In this document: positions 8,205 to 16,975 of the stretch, piece after piece | Numbering within the stretch: the first letter of the stretch is position 1 | Layout: each line of letters begins with the position of its first letter | DNA from: a virus | DNA: 64,000 nt | Strand: one strand, 5' to 3' | IMG/VR virus record: IMGVR_UViG_3300023174_003623 | Location: 32,001 to 96,000 of that record | Program-made: the position numbers and the translations under genes | Notes under the pieces: generated by a model | Told to the model about the DNA's origin: nothing | The model's input: only the letters and a program-made list of their open reading frames with translations | The model's database searches: none

Positions 8205-8865
8205 TAAAACTTTTTTATTGAATGAGTTGGACTTCCCCGATTTGAAGTCTTTTTCTGAAAATGGTAAACGTTTTTATGAAACGCCCACTGGAGAAAAGTA
8301 CCCATCAGTCACGACCGTATTAGGTAGTCGTGATAAAAAATGGTTGTATGAATGGCGGGCTAGAGTAGGCGAAAAAGAGGCTAATGCTATTTCGACAAAG
8401 GCTTCTAATCGGGGAACACAACTTCATACAATATGCGAAAAGTACATTCGAAATGAAGACGATTTTGCAGGCAATAAGCCTTTTAATGTTATTGAGATGT
8501 TTAAGTCGATTCAAAAATATGTAGATAAAATTGAAGAAGTATATGGCAACGAAATTGCTGTTTACTCTCATGATTTGAAAACTGCTGGAAGAATTGACGT
8601 ATTTTGTAAGATGGGTGGTAAACCAGTTATTTTAGATTTTAAAACATCTAGTCGTTTAAAAGAAGAGAAGACAATTGAAAATTACTTCCTTCAAGCAACC
8701 ACATACGCTATGATGATACGAGAACTAAAAGGAATTGAAGTACCTAAATTGGTTATTCTAATCGCTGTAGAAAATGAACTTCCTCAATTGTTTATTAAAA
8801 ATACTAAAGATTATGAAGATCAAGTTAAACAAGTATTTAATGAATATCATCTAAAGAATGCTTGA
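8176..8865 (+). CDS. PD-(D/E)XK exonuclease
   Basis: YPSVTTVL, RGT.LH, AGRID, ILDFKTS, YFLQ..YA; TTG start with GAAGGA RBS. Confidence 0.88.
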   Translation: MLKQNLISRSKTFLLNELDFPDLKSFSENGKRFYETPTGEKYPSVTTVLGSRDKKWLYEWRARVGEKEANAISTKASNRGTQLHTICEKYIRNEDDFAGNKPFNVIEMFKSIQKYVDKIEEVYGNEIAVYSHDLKTAGRIDVFCKMGGKPVILDFKTSSRLKEEKTIENYFLQATTYAMMIRELKGIEVPKLVILIAVENELPQLFIKNTKDYEDQVKQVFNEYHLKNA

Positions 8866-8902
8866 CGACACATAATCTATGTGTTAATATAGTGTATAAA
8901 TA
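8862..8902 (+). promoter_or_regulatory. Tandem sigma70 promoter and late promoter for tRNA-Thr/SleB
   Basis: TTGACG, 17 nt, TAATAT (8862-8890) and TATAAATA (8895-8902). Confidence 0.7.
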
Positions 8903-8910
8903 CGAAACAT

Positions 8911-8986
8911 GCTGACGTAGCTCAGTTGGTAGAGCTACTGATTTGTAATCAGTGGGTCGGGAGTTCGATTCTCTCCGTCAGCACCA
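8911..8986 (+). tRNA. tRNA-Thr (TGT)
   Basis: Acceptor GCTGACG/CGTCAGC, ACTGA-ttTGTaa-TCAGT, CCA. Confidence 0.95.
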
Positions 8987-9069
8987 TTCTATAAAACTGC
9001 ACGTTATATTATTTTTATGTGATTCTTTTAACAGGATATTTATCCTCTCCCTTAAATAAGGAGCAAGCT

Positions 9070-9603
9070 ATGTTTAAATATGCAATATTATTAAGCCTAA
9101 CCATTTTTTCAATTCCTATTGGCGCTAGTTCTTATAAACCATCTTATACAATGTTTTCTAAACCTAAAATAGAAAAACTAGGGTATAAAGCTTATAATAA
9201 AATTTTAAATGAAAAAGAGTTAAAATGTTTAACAGATAATATCTATTTTGAAGCTAGAAGTGAAAAAGATATCGGTAAAAAAGCTGTCGCACTTGTTACT
9301 CTAAATCGACTAAAACACGATAATGATAATGAATACCCTAATACTATTTGTGGTATAGTACATCAAAAAAACAAATACAAATGCCAATTTGCATGGACAT
9401 GTAATAAACGACAGCCTATTAAAGAGTATGCCCTTTATAAAAACTGTCATGATATAGCTAAAACCATAATTATGAATTATGGCGTTATACATGATGTAAC
9501 AAGAGGTGCCACTAATTACCATAGAAATGATATTAGACCTAGTTGGGCTGTTAAGAAAAAACGAACTATAATAATAGGAAAACACTTGTTCTATAGACTA
9601 TGA
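9070..9603 (+). CDS. SleB-like cell wall hydrolase with N-terminal signal/anchor
   Basis: AAGGAG RBS; CL..NIYFEAR.E, VTLNR, YP.TICG.V.Q, CQF.W, GAT.YH, IG.H.FY. Confidence 0.9.
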   Translation: MFKYAILLSLTIFSIPIGASSYKPSYTMFSKPKIEKLGYKAYNKILNEKELKCLTDNIYFEARSEKDIGKKAVALVTLNRLKHDNDNEYPNTICGIVHQKNKYKCQFAWTCNKRQPIKEYALYKNCHDIAKTIIMNYGVIHDVTRGATNYHRNDIRPSWAVKKKRTIIIGKHLFYRL

Positions 9604-9842
9604 AAAAAGTAAATATTAAATCTATAAAACCAATTCAAAATTTTATCAAGGAAATTGAGGAATTTGTTCAAGAATCAAGATTAGATTATATTGATGCTGT
9701 TCTTCTGTATTGCGAAAAAAATTATCTAGAGATAGAAACTGTAGCTGCAATGATACAACATTCTTCTATAATTAAAGCTAAGATTCAAGAAGAAGCAGAA
9801 AATTCTAATTATCTACCTAAGACAACTAAGCTACCTATATGA
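9600..9842 (+). CDS. 33: gp33 late transcription coactivator
   Basis: YIDAVL.YCE...EIE, K.KI..EA...N.L; synteny with 59 and 32. Confidence 0.88.
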   Translation: MKKVNIKSIKPIQNFIKEIEEFVQESRLDYIDAVLLYCEKNYLEIETVAAMIQHSSIIKAKIQEEAENSNYLPKTTKLPI

Positions 9843-10408
9843 CTGACGCTTATCAAGCGTATAAGACTTATTTAAATCTTAAGCTCCATTTTACTAAGAA
9901 AAATTTTAATTATTTTAATGTATCTAAAAATCGTGTAAGTCAAGAAGCTTTGGAAGCAAGACGAGATAAAGGGTTCTTTTATGTTTTATCTAAAATAAAA
10001 GATTTAGAAAACTTTCTCATTGCTAATTTTGTAGTTAAAGATAAATTCATTACAGATTTAGTTGACAAAGAATCTGAAAAAGTTTATATGGAATGGCTTA
10101 AACGTCAAGAATCCATAACCTATATTTTTAAAAATGAGATAGAAAACTTAGATGATGATTTGAATAAAGAATTGAAAGTCATTGATGGTCAGCATCCAAT
10201 GTTACTTGTTCGATTTATGAGAAAAGAAATTTCAATCGAAACATTAATTATTCTGAATGAGGTGTTGACATTCTTCAAGCATTGGGAGTATAATATTCAG
10301 GAAGGAATAATTTGGAAGGACATACAACTCAAGTGTGAGAAGTATCGACCATTTCTAAAGTTCGATGTAAAGGTGTGTAAATCAATTCTAAAGGAAAGGT
10401 TTACATAG
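9839..10408 (+). CDS. 59: gp59 helicase loader
   Basis: AYK.YL.LK.HF, HP.LL, IS.ETL, KY.PFL. Confidence 0.9.
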   Translation: MTDAYQAYKTYLNLKLHFTKKNFNYFNVSKNRVSQEALEARRDKGFFYVLSKIKDLENFLIANFVVKDKFITDLVDKESEKVYMEWLKRQESITYIFKNEIENLDDDLNKELKVIDGQHPMLLVRFMRKEISIETLIILNEVLTFFKHWEYNIQEGIIWKDIQLKCEKYRPFLKFDVKVCKSILKERFT

Positions 10409-10430
10409 TGTTTTAAATGTGGTATAAATA
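10400..10430 (+). promoter_or_regulatory. Gene 32 promoter: late TATAAATA overlapping a possible sigma70 promoter
   Basis: TTTACA (10400), 17 nt, TATAAA; TATAAATA at 10423-10430. Confidence 0.7.
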
Positions 10431-10501
10431 TATTGTTCATTATGATACTTTGGACAAATTTAAATACGCTGTTAATACGTTGTTAATATCAAGGAGACTA
10501 T

Positions 10502-11410
10502 ATGTCATTTTCTTTTGCAGATTATAATAAAAGCCGTAAAGACCAATTCGATAAGTTAGCCACTCAGCTTAATAAACAGACTAACAATGCTAAAACTCAG
10601 GATGATCGTTTCTGGAAGCTAGAAGTTGATAAGGCTGGAAATGGGTATGCGGTAATTCGGTTTCTACCCCAACACCCCACAGAAATGGAACATGCGCCAT
10701 ATGTTCTTTATTTTGATCATGGTTTTCAGGGTCCGGGGGGTTGGTATATCGAGAAGTCGCTTACTTCTATCGGTAAGGCAGATCCGGTTAGCGAATACAA
10801 TCGTCAACTTTGGACTTCTGGTCTAGAGGAAAACAAGAAGATTGCTAGCGATCAGAAACGTAGAATGCACTATGTTGCAAATATCTACATCGTTAAAGAT
10901 CCTGCCAATCCTTCTAACGAAGGTAAGGTGTTCCTTTACCAGTTTGGTAAGAAGATCTTCGACAAAATCAACGATTTGATGTTTCCTCAGTTTCAGGACG
11001 AGAAGGCAGTCAATCCGTTTGACTTGGTTGATGGTTCAAACTTTAAGCTCAAGGCTCGTGGTATGGGTCGTGACCGTAACTACGACAAGTCTGAGTTTGA
11101 AGAATCTTCTCCGTTGTTTGATGAAGAGTCAAAGTATGATGCGGTCTTGAGTAAGATTCAACCTCTTCAGACCTTCCTAGATCCTACTCAGTACAAGACT
11201 TACGATGAACTAAAGACTCGTTTGAATAAGGTTTTGGGTTGGGACAAGAATGCTTTTGAAGATCGAGCTAAGGTAACTGAACGTGCTGAAGATTTAGAAG
11301 AAGATTTGACACCACCATTTGCGTTGAAGTCTGCTAAACCTTCAGCGGTAGATCTTTCAGAAGATGATGATGATGGTCTAGACTTCTTCAACAAATTGAA
11401 CGAAGACTAA
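10502..11410 (+). CDS. 32: gp32 single-stranded DNA-binding protein
   Basis: DDRFWK..DKAGNGYAVIRFLP, HGFQGPGGWYIE, GKKIFDKI, acidic C-terminal tail. Confidence 0.97.
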   Translation: MSFSFADYNKSRKDQFDKLATQLNKQTNNAKTQDDRFWKLEVDKAGNGYAVIRFLPQHPTEMEHAPYVLYFDHGFQGPGGWYIEKSLTSIGKADPVSEYNRQLWTSGLEENKKIASDQKRRMHYVANIYIVKDPANPSNEGKVFLYQFGKKIFDKINDLMFPQFQDEKAVNPFDLVDGSNFKLKARGMGRDRNYDKSEFEESSPLFDEESKYDAVLSKIQPLQTFLDPTQYKTYDELKTRLNKVLGWDKNAFEDRAKVTERAEDLEEDLTPPFALKSAKPSAVDLSEDDDDGLDFFNKLNED

Positions 11411-13191
11411 ACTGGAGCAAAATGCTCTTTCCATTGCCTTTGAATAGCATCTGGATTGAGTATTGATTTGACCTTACCAAATCGTTCGTCTTTGATTGTT
11501 GGGCTTGGTTGAGACTGGTTTACTACTATAGTGGGGCCAGTCTCAACATTTTCAGATTCTATATTTGCAGCTACAGAAGCTTCTCCAATTCGAGTACCGG
11601 AATCCGCTGGCTTTAAATCTGGAGTAGCTGGTGTTTGTGTAGATGCTATTTGTTTTTGTAAAGATTTCTCATAAAGAGATGCTAAGCCTCTATCACTTTG
11701 AGTTGTTTCAACCCCTCCAGCTAATGAAGTCCAAGTTCGATTTAATTGTCTTCCAACATCTGCAACTTTACCTTGTTCAAGATCTTTTAATACATCACCT
11801 TTATATTGTTCTTGTACTAAGTACCATGCGGCTTTGTCTTGATTTTCTGGAGAGAAATCTGTTAAATCTGAATGTTTACTTTTTAACGCTTTCCAAGTAG
11901 TTTCGGTAAATTGATATCTACCTGCTGCTGTACTAAATCCTCTTGGAGTTCGCATTCCACGAATTCCGGGATGTTTACTGAAATCTGTAAACGTAGCAGG
12001 GGCTTTATCATATCCTTTATTTTTATTTGCTGCTTTATCTTCTTCAGTTAATCCTTGCTCTGTTCCCATACCCACGATAATATCATATCTACCACCTGAT
12101 TCATTTTGAGCAATAGCATCCAATAAAGCTCTTCCTTCTGGTGGAATTTCTTTGGCTGAAGCTAAAGTATTAGAAGGTTCTGGTCGAGCATCTTTTCCAC
12201 CACCAGTCCCACCTTGACCAGCACTACCACCAGTCCCTGCTGATTTTCTGGTGTATGATTTTGGTATAGGAACTGCATCACCTGAAGGAGTCGTTATATT
12301 ATAACCAGATTTTTGTAAGACTTCTATTGAGTGTTCAATTTCTTGTTTTGAATATTTACCTTCAGTAAGCTCATGCATTAAATCGTCACTAATGAATGAT
12401 TTAAAAGCATCAACTACAACTGAAAGACCTTCTTCCATTGAGGATATAAACATATCCCATACTGCTGTTACACCTTGACCAAAAAAATCCTTCAATGGGT
12501 CAAAGACATGTTTATTTAAAAGTTCCTCTATTTTTGTTGAAGTAAATTTAAAAATAACTTTAAATGCGTCTTGCACCATTGTAGAGATGTTGGAAAACAC
12601 TTCTCTAATTTGAGGTAGGAATTTCATTATAACTGGAAGAAATACTAAAAGAACACCTAACACATTTTTTGCAATAGTAAATAGAAGGCTACTTTCTTTT
12701 TTGTCAGTATCTTCTTCAGTATCATCTTGTCTAACCTTTTTGGCGTTAGATTTGCCTTCTATAAATTTTTCGGCTTGAGCGGCTTCCTTTGCCTGTTCTT
12801 GTTTATATAACTTTTTCTCATAGTCTTTTACAGTATTGTTTAATATTTTTGTTTGTCGATATATAAGCTTTAAAATATTTGGTCTTTTTGTTTCTACTGT
12901 GGTTTCTTTGGATTCAGTAGTAACATCTGAAATTTTATCAGATAATTCTTTTGGAGCTAATTCAGGTTTGGCATCTGAGACTTCTGATCTTGCTCCACTG
13001 GAATTAAGTTCCTTAGCATCTTGTTCTGCTTTGTTTAATTCTCTTGACTTTGCTTCGTTTTCCTTTTTACTGTCGTCCTTTTCTTCGGTAACAGCAGCAT
13101 CATCCTTTTTCTCTTCAGATTTATCATCTTTAACTTTATTTTTTATAATTTTTGTAAATAAATCTGCAACTAATTTTGTTGGTGCTTTCAT
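11407..13191 (-). CDS. Tape-measure/hub-like protein with lambda-type (GH104-like) muramidase domain
   Basis: Coiled-coil N-terminus, hydrophobic segment, then LLDAIA..ES, F.D.SKHP, STAAGRYQF...TW, DFSPENQD.AA, W.SL. Confidence 0.75.
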   Translation of the reverse strand: MKAPTKLVADLFTKIIKNKVKDDKSEEKKDDAAVTEEKDDSKKENEAKSRELNKAEQDAKELNSSGARSEVSDAKPELAPKELSDKISDVTTESKETTVETKRPNILKLIYRQTKILNNTVKDYEKKLYKQEQAKEAAQAEKFIEGKSNAKKVRQDDTEEDTDKKESSLLFTIAKNVLGVLLVFLPVIMKFLPQIREVFSNISTMVQDAFKVIFKFTSTKIEELLNKHVFDPLKDFFGQGVTAVWDMFISSMEEGLSVVVDAFKSFISDDLMHELTEGKYSKQEIEHSIEVLQKSGYNITTPSGDAVPIPKSYTRKSAGTGGSAGQGGTGGGKDARPEPSNTLASAKEIPPEGRALLDAIAQNESGGRYDIIVGMGTEQGLTEEDKAANKNKGYDKAPATFTDFSKHPGIRGMRTPRGFSTAAGRYQFTETTWKALKSKHSDLTDFSPENQDKAAWYLVQEQYKGDVLKDLEQGKVADVGRQLNRTWTSLAGGVETTQSDRGLASLYEKSLQKQIASTQTPATPDLKPADSGTRIGEASVAANIESENVETGPTIVVNQSQPSPTIKDERFGKVKSILNPDAIQRQWKEHFAPV

Positions 13192-13193
13192 GA

Positions 13194-15038
13194 TTATGCT
13201 CTAGCGTAATTTATAAAAAGCTGCTCTGATAATGACCCAAAATAAGGTGATGGATCTGGGACATTATTAATATCCCAAGGTTGCCCCGGTTTTATTACAG
13301 GTCTAGATCCAGCACTTGGTGTCATAACTGTAGGGGCTTTTACTTTTGGTTTTGGTTTTGGTTTAGTAACTTCCATGGTTTGCTTGGTAAGTTCTGTTCC
13401 TTTTTTTTCTTTTTCAGCAGCCATTTCTGAAGGAGTTAATAAATTTGCATCTACTGTTTTAGATGTTTCTCTCTTCCATCCCGGTATTCCACTTAATTCA
13501 TTAGGCTCCATCGGTTTTTCAGCCATAGCGGATTTAATAGTTTGTTGTTCTTTATCTGATCTTCGCTTTTCCATAGCGCCACTTTTTAAAGATCTCTGTT
13601 CTTCAAAATTTCCTGTGCGAGGATTGTATCCCATAGAAGCGCCATTAGCTCCAGTATCTTGACTGCTAACAATTCTACGTTTAAGATCTAATCCTTTTTC
13701 TCCAAAAATAGATTCTGCATGTGCTGCTTTTGTGTTTTTATCTGATGTGGACTGATAATCTTCAAGTTTTTTTTCAAGAACTTTAAGTTCTCCGGGGGGC
13801 ATCTGTTGAATGTATTTTTTAAATTTATCTGAATCAATATTTTCTTTAGCTAGTAATCCACTCTTTTCAAAATTTTTAACTATATCATCTTTTCTGGATG
13901 TATCTGCAACTTCTTCTGCGCGCAATCTTTCTCCAGCCCGATCCTCACCTTCTTTCATTAGATCATTAATTTTTTTGCCAATCCACATACCAGCCGCTGC
14001 GCCAGCTAATATTGCCAGCCCAGCAGGACTTACTAAAAATTTAAGTAGTGTGGGTAGAAATGATCGTATAGGTAATGTTAAAGCTTGTAACATCATTTTA
14101 ATAATTGTGCCCTTAACTCCGGGTAATAATAATAACAATCCAGCCGCTTGAAGAATTTGAATTCCAGAAATATGCTTTAACATATCCTCTGAAAACGCAT
14201 CATTGACAATTTTAGGTAAACCTTCTTTAAAAAATTTGGGAAGATCTTCAGTCATCCATTTCAACGCACCTTGTAACATTTCACCAAGTTTTTCTGGATT
14301 CTCTTTTAAGAATCTAACTATTGCTGGTGAAAATGCAAATAAAGCTAATCCAAGTGTCGATAAAAAATTGCCTTTTGCTTTTGGAGACTTAACTTTTCCG
14401 GGTTTATTGTATTCTGGCTCTTCTTCTATCTTAGTAGCATTTGTTTCTATAACAGGTTGTTCTGATAAAGACTTCAAAACATTTTTAAAGGATTTGTTTA
14501 TTTCAACGAAATTATCATATATGCCATTAAGAACCGTCTTCTCAGCTTCATCATTTTTTGAATTTACTTTTATAGCATCTGTTGTTTCAGGTAGACTCTC
14601 ACTAAGAGATTTAAACTCTTGAAATTTTTCTTCAATTATTTTTTCTTTTTTTGATAAATTTTTAAATTTATCAGTTAAAGCCTTAATTGACTTAATTGTA
14701 CTATTAAATCTTTTTTCATTTAATTTAGATTCTTTTCTAGCATCTTTTTTAATTTCAACTATATCTTTTTTAATTTCACCGATATCTTTTTCAAGCTCGT
14801 TTACTCTATCAGGAAGCGTTTCTATATCTTCTTGTAACTTTAATTTTTTAAAAGATGCAAGGACTTCTTTGAATTTTACAAATTTTTTATCTTCAATAGA
14901 TTTAAATCTATTAGTTTTTTCATTATATTCTAGATTAAGTTGCTTAAGTTTCTTTTTACTTTTTGAAACTTCAGCAATAATTTCTTTATCTTCACTTGAT
15001 ATAGTATTGCTAACAGGTTTATCGGAGGGTTTATCCAT
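13194..15038 (-). CDS. Tape-measure/baseplate hub-like protein (gp29 position)
   Basis: 614 aa, K/E coiled coil then several hydrophobic helices; downstream of 26/51. Confidence 0.55.
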   Translation of the reverse strand: MDKPSDKPVSNTISSEDKEIIAEVSKSKKKLKQLNLEYNEKTNRFKSIEDKKFVKFKEVLASFKKLKLQEDIETLPDRVNELEKDIGEIKKDIVEIKKDARKESKLNEKRFNSTIKSIKALTDKFKNLSKKEKIIEEKFQEFKSLSESLPETTDAIKVNSKNDEAEKTVLNGIYDNFVEINKSFKNVLKSLSEQPVIETNATKIEEEPEYNKPGKVKSPKAKGNFLSTLGLALFAFSPAIVRFLKENPEKLGEMLQGALKWMTEDLPKFFKEGLPKIVNDAFSEDMLKHISGIQILQAAGLLLLLPGVKGTIIKMMLQALTLPIRSFLPTLLKFLVSPAGLAILAGAAAGMWIGKKINDLMKEGEDRAGERLRAEEVADTSRKDDIVKNFEKSGLLAKENIDSDKFKKYIQQMPPGELKVLEKKLEDYQSTSDKNTKAAHAESIFGEKGLDLKRRIVSSQDTGANGASMGYNPRTGNFEEQRSLKSGAMEKRRSDKEQQTIKSAMAEKPMEPNELSGIPGWKRETSKTVDANLLTPSEMAAEKEKKGTELTKQTMEVTKPKPKPKVKAPTVMTPSAGSRPVIKPGQPWDINNVPDPSPYFGSLSEQLFINYARA

Positions 15039-15271
15039 TACTTTTTACTCGCCCAAGTGGTGAATCCCATATATGCGCCAACAACAGAAGCCATAGCAAA
15101 ATAAAAAGTGTCAAATACACCATCAAGAGATTTAATTCTTTCATCAGAAATAAATGGTGTTAAAAGAAGTCCAGTAAAAGAGACCATAGATGCCATAGCA
15201 AGCCATGCCATCTTTCTTCTATTTTTCCATCTAGCAGAATCTATTTTTTCTGGTTGTATTTCGTCTGACAC
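15038..15271 (-). CDS. Small two-TM membrane protein
   Basis: 77 aa, GTG start overlapping the gp51 TAG; RWKNRRKMAW then two hydrophobic helices. Confidence 0.7.
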   Translation of the reverse strand: MSDEIQPEKIDSARWKNRRKMAWLAMASMVSFTGLLLTPFISDERIKSLDGVFDTFYFAMASVVGAYMGFTTWASKK

Positions 15272-15456
15272 TATTTTGCAGCCCTTTCTTTACGTTCTTT
15301 TTCTTCTTTTAAATATTCTAGTAGCATGTCTACATAGATATCTCGCTCAAATGGTATCAATTCTTCTATTTCATTTATTGAATACTTATGATGCTGAGCC
15401 ATTGCAAAAACTGTGGTATAGTAGTTTTTGAGGCTAGTATGACTCAGCCCTAAGTA
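15271..15456 (-). CDS. 51: gp51-like baseplate hub assembly chaperone (not in ORF track; probably reached by -1 frameshift from gene 26)
   Basis: Reads YLGLSHTSLKNYYTTVFAMAQHHKYSINEIEELIPFERDIYVDMLLEYLKEE..; QHHKYS..E....P.ER.IY signature; first in-frame ATG only at 15402. Confidence 0.85.
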   Translation of the reverse strand, partial: YLGLSHTSLKNYYTTVFAMAQHHKYSINEIEELIPFERDIYVDMLLEYLKEEKERKERAAK

Positions 15457-16148
15457 AAAAAATCCTGTATTGAACTCAACTTAATACTTCTATCGTTACC
15501 TAATGCATTCTTATAGTTAATTTCGTGATACAACTTAGGCATGGTCAAGAAAAATTCTTCTATTTTCTTAAATGTTTTTGTATCTAAATTTTCGAGGAAC
15601 TCGATCAATTCTTCCTTGGTACTTTCATTTGCTGGGTATACGTTTTCGGCATCATATACGGTATCAATTGTGTGGATCAAAATGTTGTTTAATAAATCAT
15701 TTTCATTATCGATACTTGAAAGTTGTTCAGTGATTTTTATGCTTGGAAACTTTAAAACCATTCCCACATCTTCATTGATTTGAATTTTTTTATTGTTATC
15801 AGGATTGTAGGTGACTTCTATTTCATCTAGATTTACATCAAACTCATAAACTTGGTCATCCTCATTATCCCGATATCGTAACTTGACAACGTTATTTACA
15901 GACCTTGCTCTAAGCTTAAGAAAGATATACTCAACATCAAATGTGGTTAGTTCTTGTACATTAATTTCTTCTAAGCAACAATTGTTAATTACTTGCAATA
16001 AAGAAAAAATACCATCACCATCACCACCTTGTTGAGCAATTAAAAGAAGCTTTTCCTCTTTTACAAGGAAAGGTCTGAATCGAAAGTCTTTCCCCGTAGA
16101 AGGAATTCTAATAGTAAAAACCGGTGCTGTAATTTTTGGTAAAGCCAT
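15450..16148 (-). CDS. 26: gp26-like baseplate hub assembly protein
   Basis: MALPKI, RPFLVKEEKLLL, FD.EYIFL.LRARSV, FF.TMPKL, ends DFFT. Confidence 0.92.
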   Translation of the reverse strand: MALPKITAPVFTIRIPSTGKDFRFRPFLVKEEKLLLIAQQGGDGDGIFSLLQVINNCCLEEINVQELTTFDVEYIFLKLRARSVNNVVKLRYRDNEDDQVYEFDVNLDEIEVTYNPDNNKKIQINEDVGMVLKFPSIKITEQLSSIDNENDLLNNILIHTIDTVYDAENVYPANESTKEELIEFLENLDTKTFKKIEEFFLTMPKLYHEINYKNALGNDRSIKLSSIQDFFT

Positions 16149-16165
16149 TGTATACTCCTAATTAA

Positions 16166-16975
16166 TTAAAAAAATCCACTTAATCCACCACCAATAATAT
16201 TGGCATTGTTTACTAAGTTTATCGCATCACCTACACCTTGAGGTTTCTTTAATGATGCTATTGTTTCTGCAATAGTTGCTGCTTTGATTATTTTCTGTAA
16301 AAAAGTTAATCCGGGTGTTGCTCTTTCTGTTACTTTGAAATGTTCACAAGTCCAATATTTAAATGTAAAATTCATATCAATAACCATCATATTATTTTGA
16401 GTTGCCCAACTCATAGGTATATTATTTAACCGATAAGGAAAGGCTTCATACAAAGTATATTCCATTACTTTATCAGAAGTGTTATTATATACTGTAATTA
16501 CCATATCACTAATATAGCTGTCTCTATAATTAACTCTATGAAAAGTTTCTGGAGAACTAAATTGCTTACCAAAATCTTTATCATATTGAACTATATTACT
16601 CATCCAAGTTTGCATTTGTTTCATAATATATCCATTGGAATCTCCTATAAATTCCAATTTGATATCATTAAAAATTGCTGCATAAGGAAATTTGTCTACA
16701 GGTCCAGTACCATCAATGATGTTTTCTTCTAATGCAATATCAATCCCCGGAAGATCTGTTGCCATAGTAAAAAACGTTACTACTTTTTCAAGTTGGGGAG
16801 GCGTATGTCGATGAAATGTTACTAAAAATAAATTAGTAGGAAGAATGCCATTTAATGAACTAAGATTACTTCTAAATTCTTGTATATCAAATCCACCTGC
16901 TTTTGCTTTAGGTAGACTGGTATTTAATCCTATAAACGACCCAACTTTGCTTGTTATTGAATCAAGAATGCTCAT
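16166..16975 (-). CDS. Tail tube-like baseplate protein (gp54-like)
   Basis: LPG..., W...I, Y.L.EAFP, F.FKYW tube-fold pattern; position next to gene 2. Confidence 0.7.
   Translation of the reverse strand: MSILDSITSKVGSFIGLNTSLPKAKAGGFDIQEFRSNLSSLNGILPTNLFLVTFHRHTPPQLEKVVTFFTMATDLPGIDIALEENIIDGTGPVDKFPYAAIFNDIKLEFIGDSNGYIMKQMQTWMSNIVQYDKDFGKQFSSPETFHRVNYRDSYISDMVITVYNNTSDKVMEYTLYEAFPYRLNNIPMSWATQNNMMVIDMNFTFKYWTCEHFKVTERATPGLTFLQKIIKAATIAETIASLKKPQGVGDAINLVNNANIIGGGLSGFF

Noticed and set aside
15450-15452. Amber read-through or recoded TAG joining 26 and 51
   Set aside because: The same frame hits TGA two codons later and gp51 is in the -1 frame; TAG, TGA and TAA all end conserved genes at expected positions, so the code is standard
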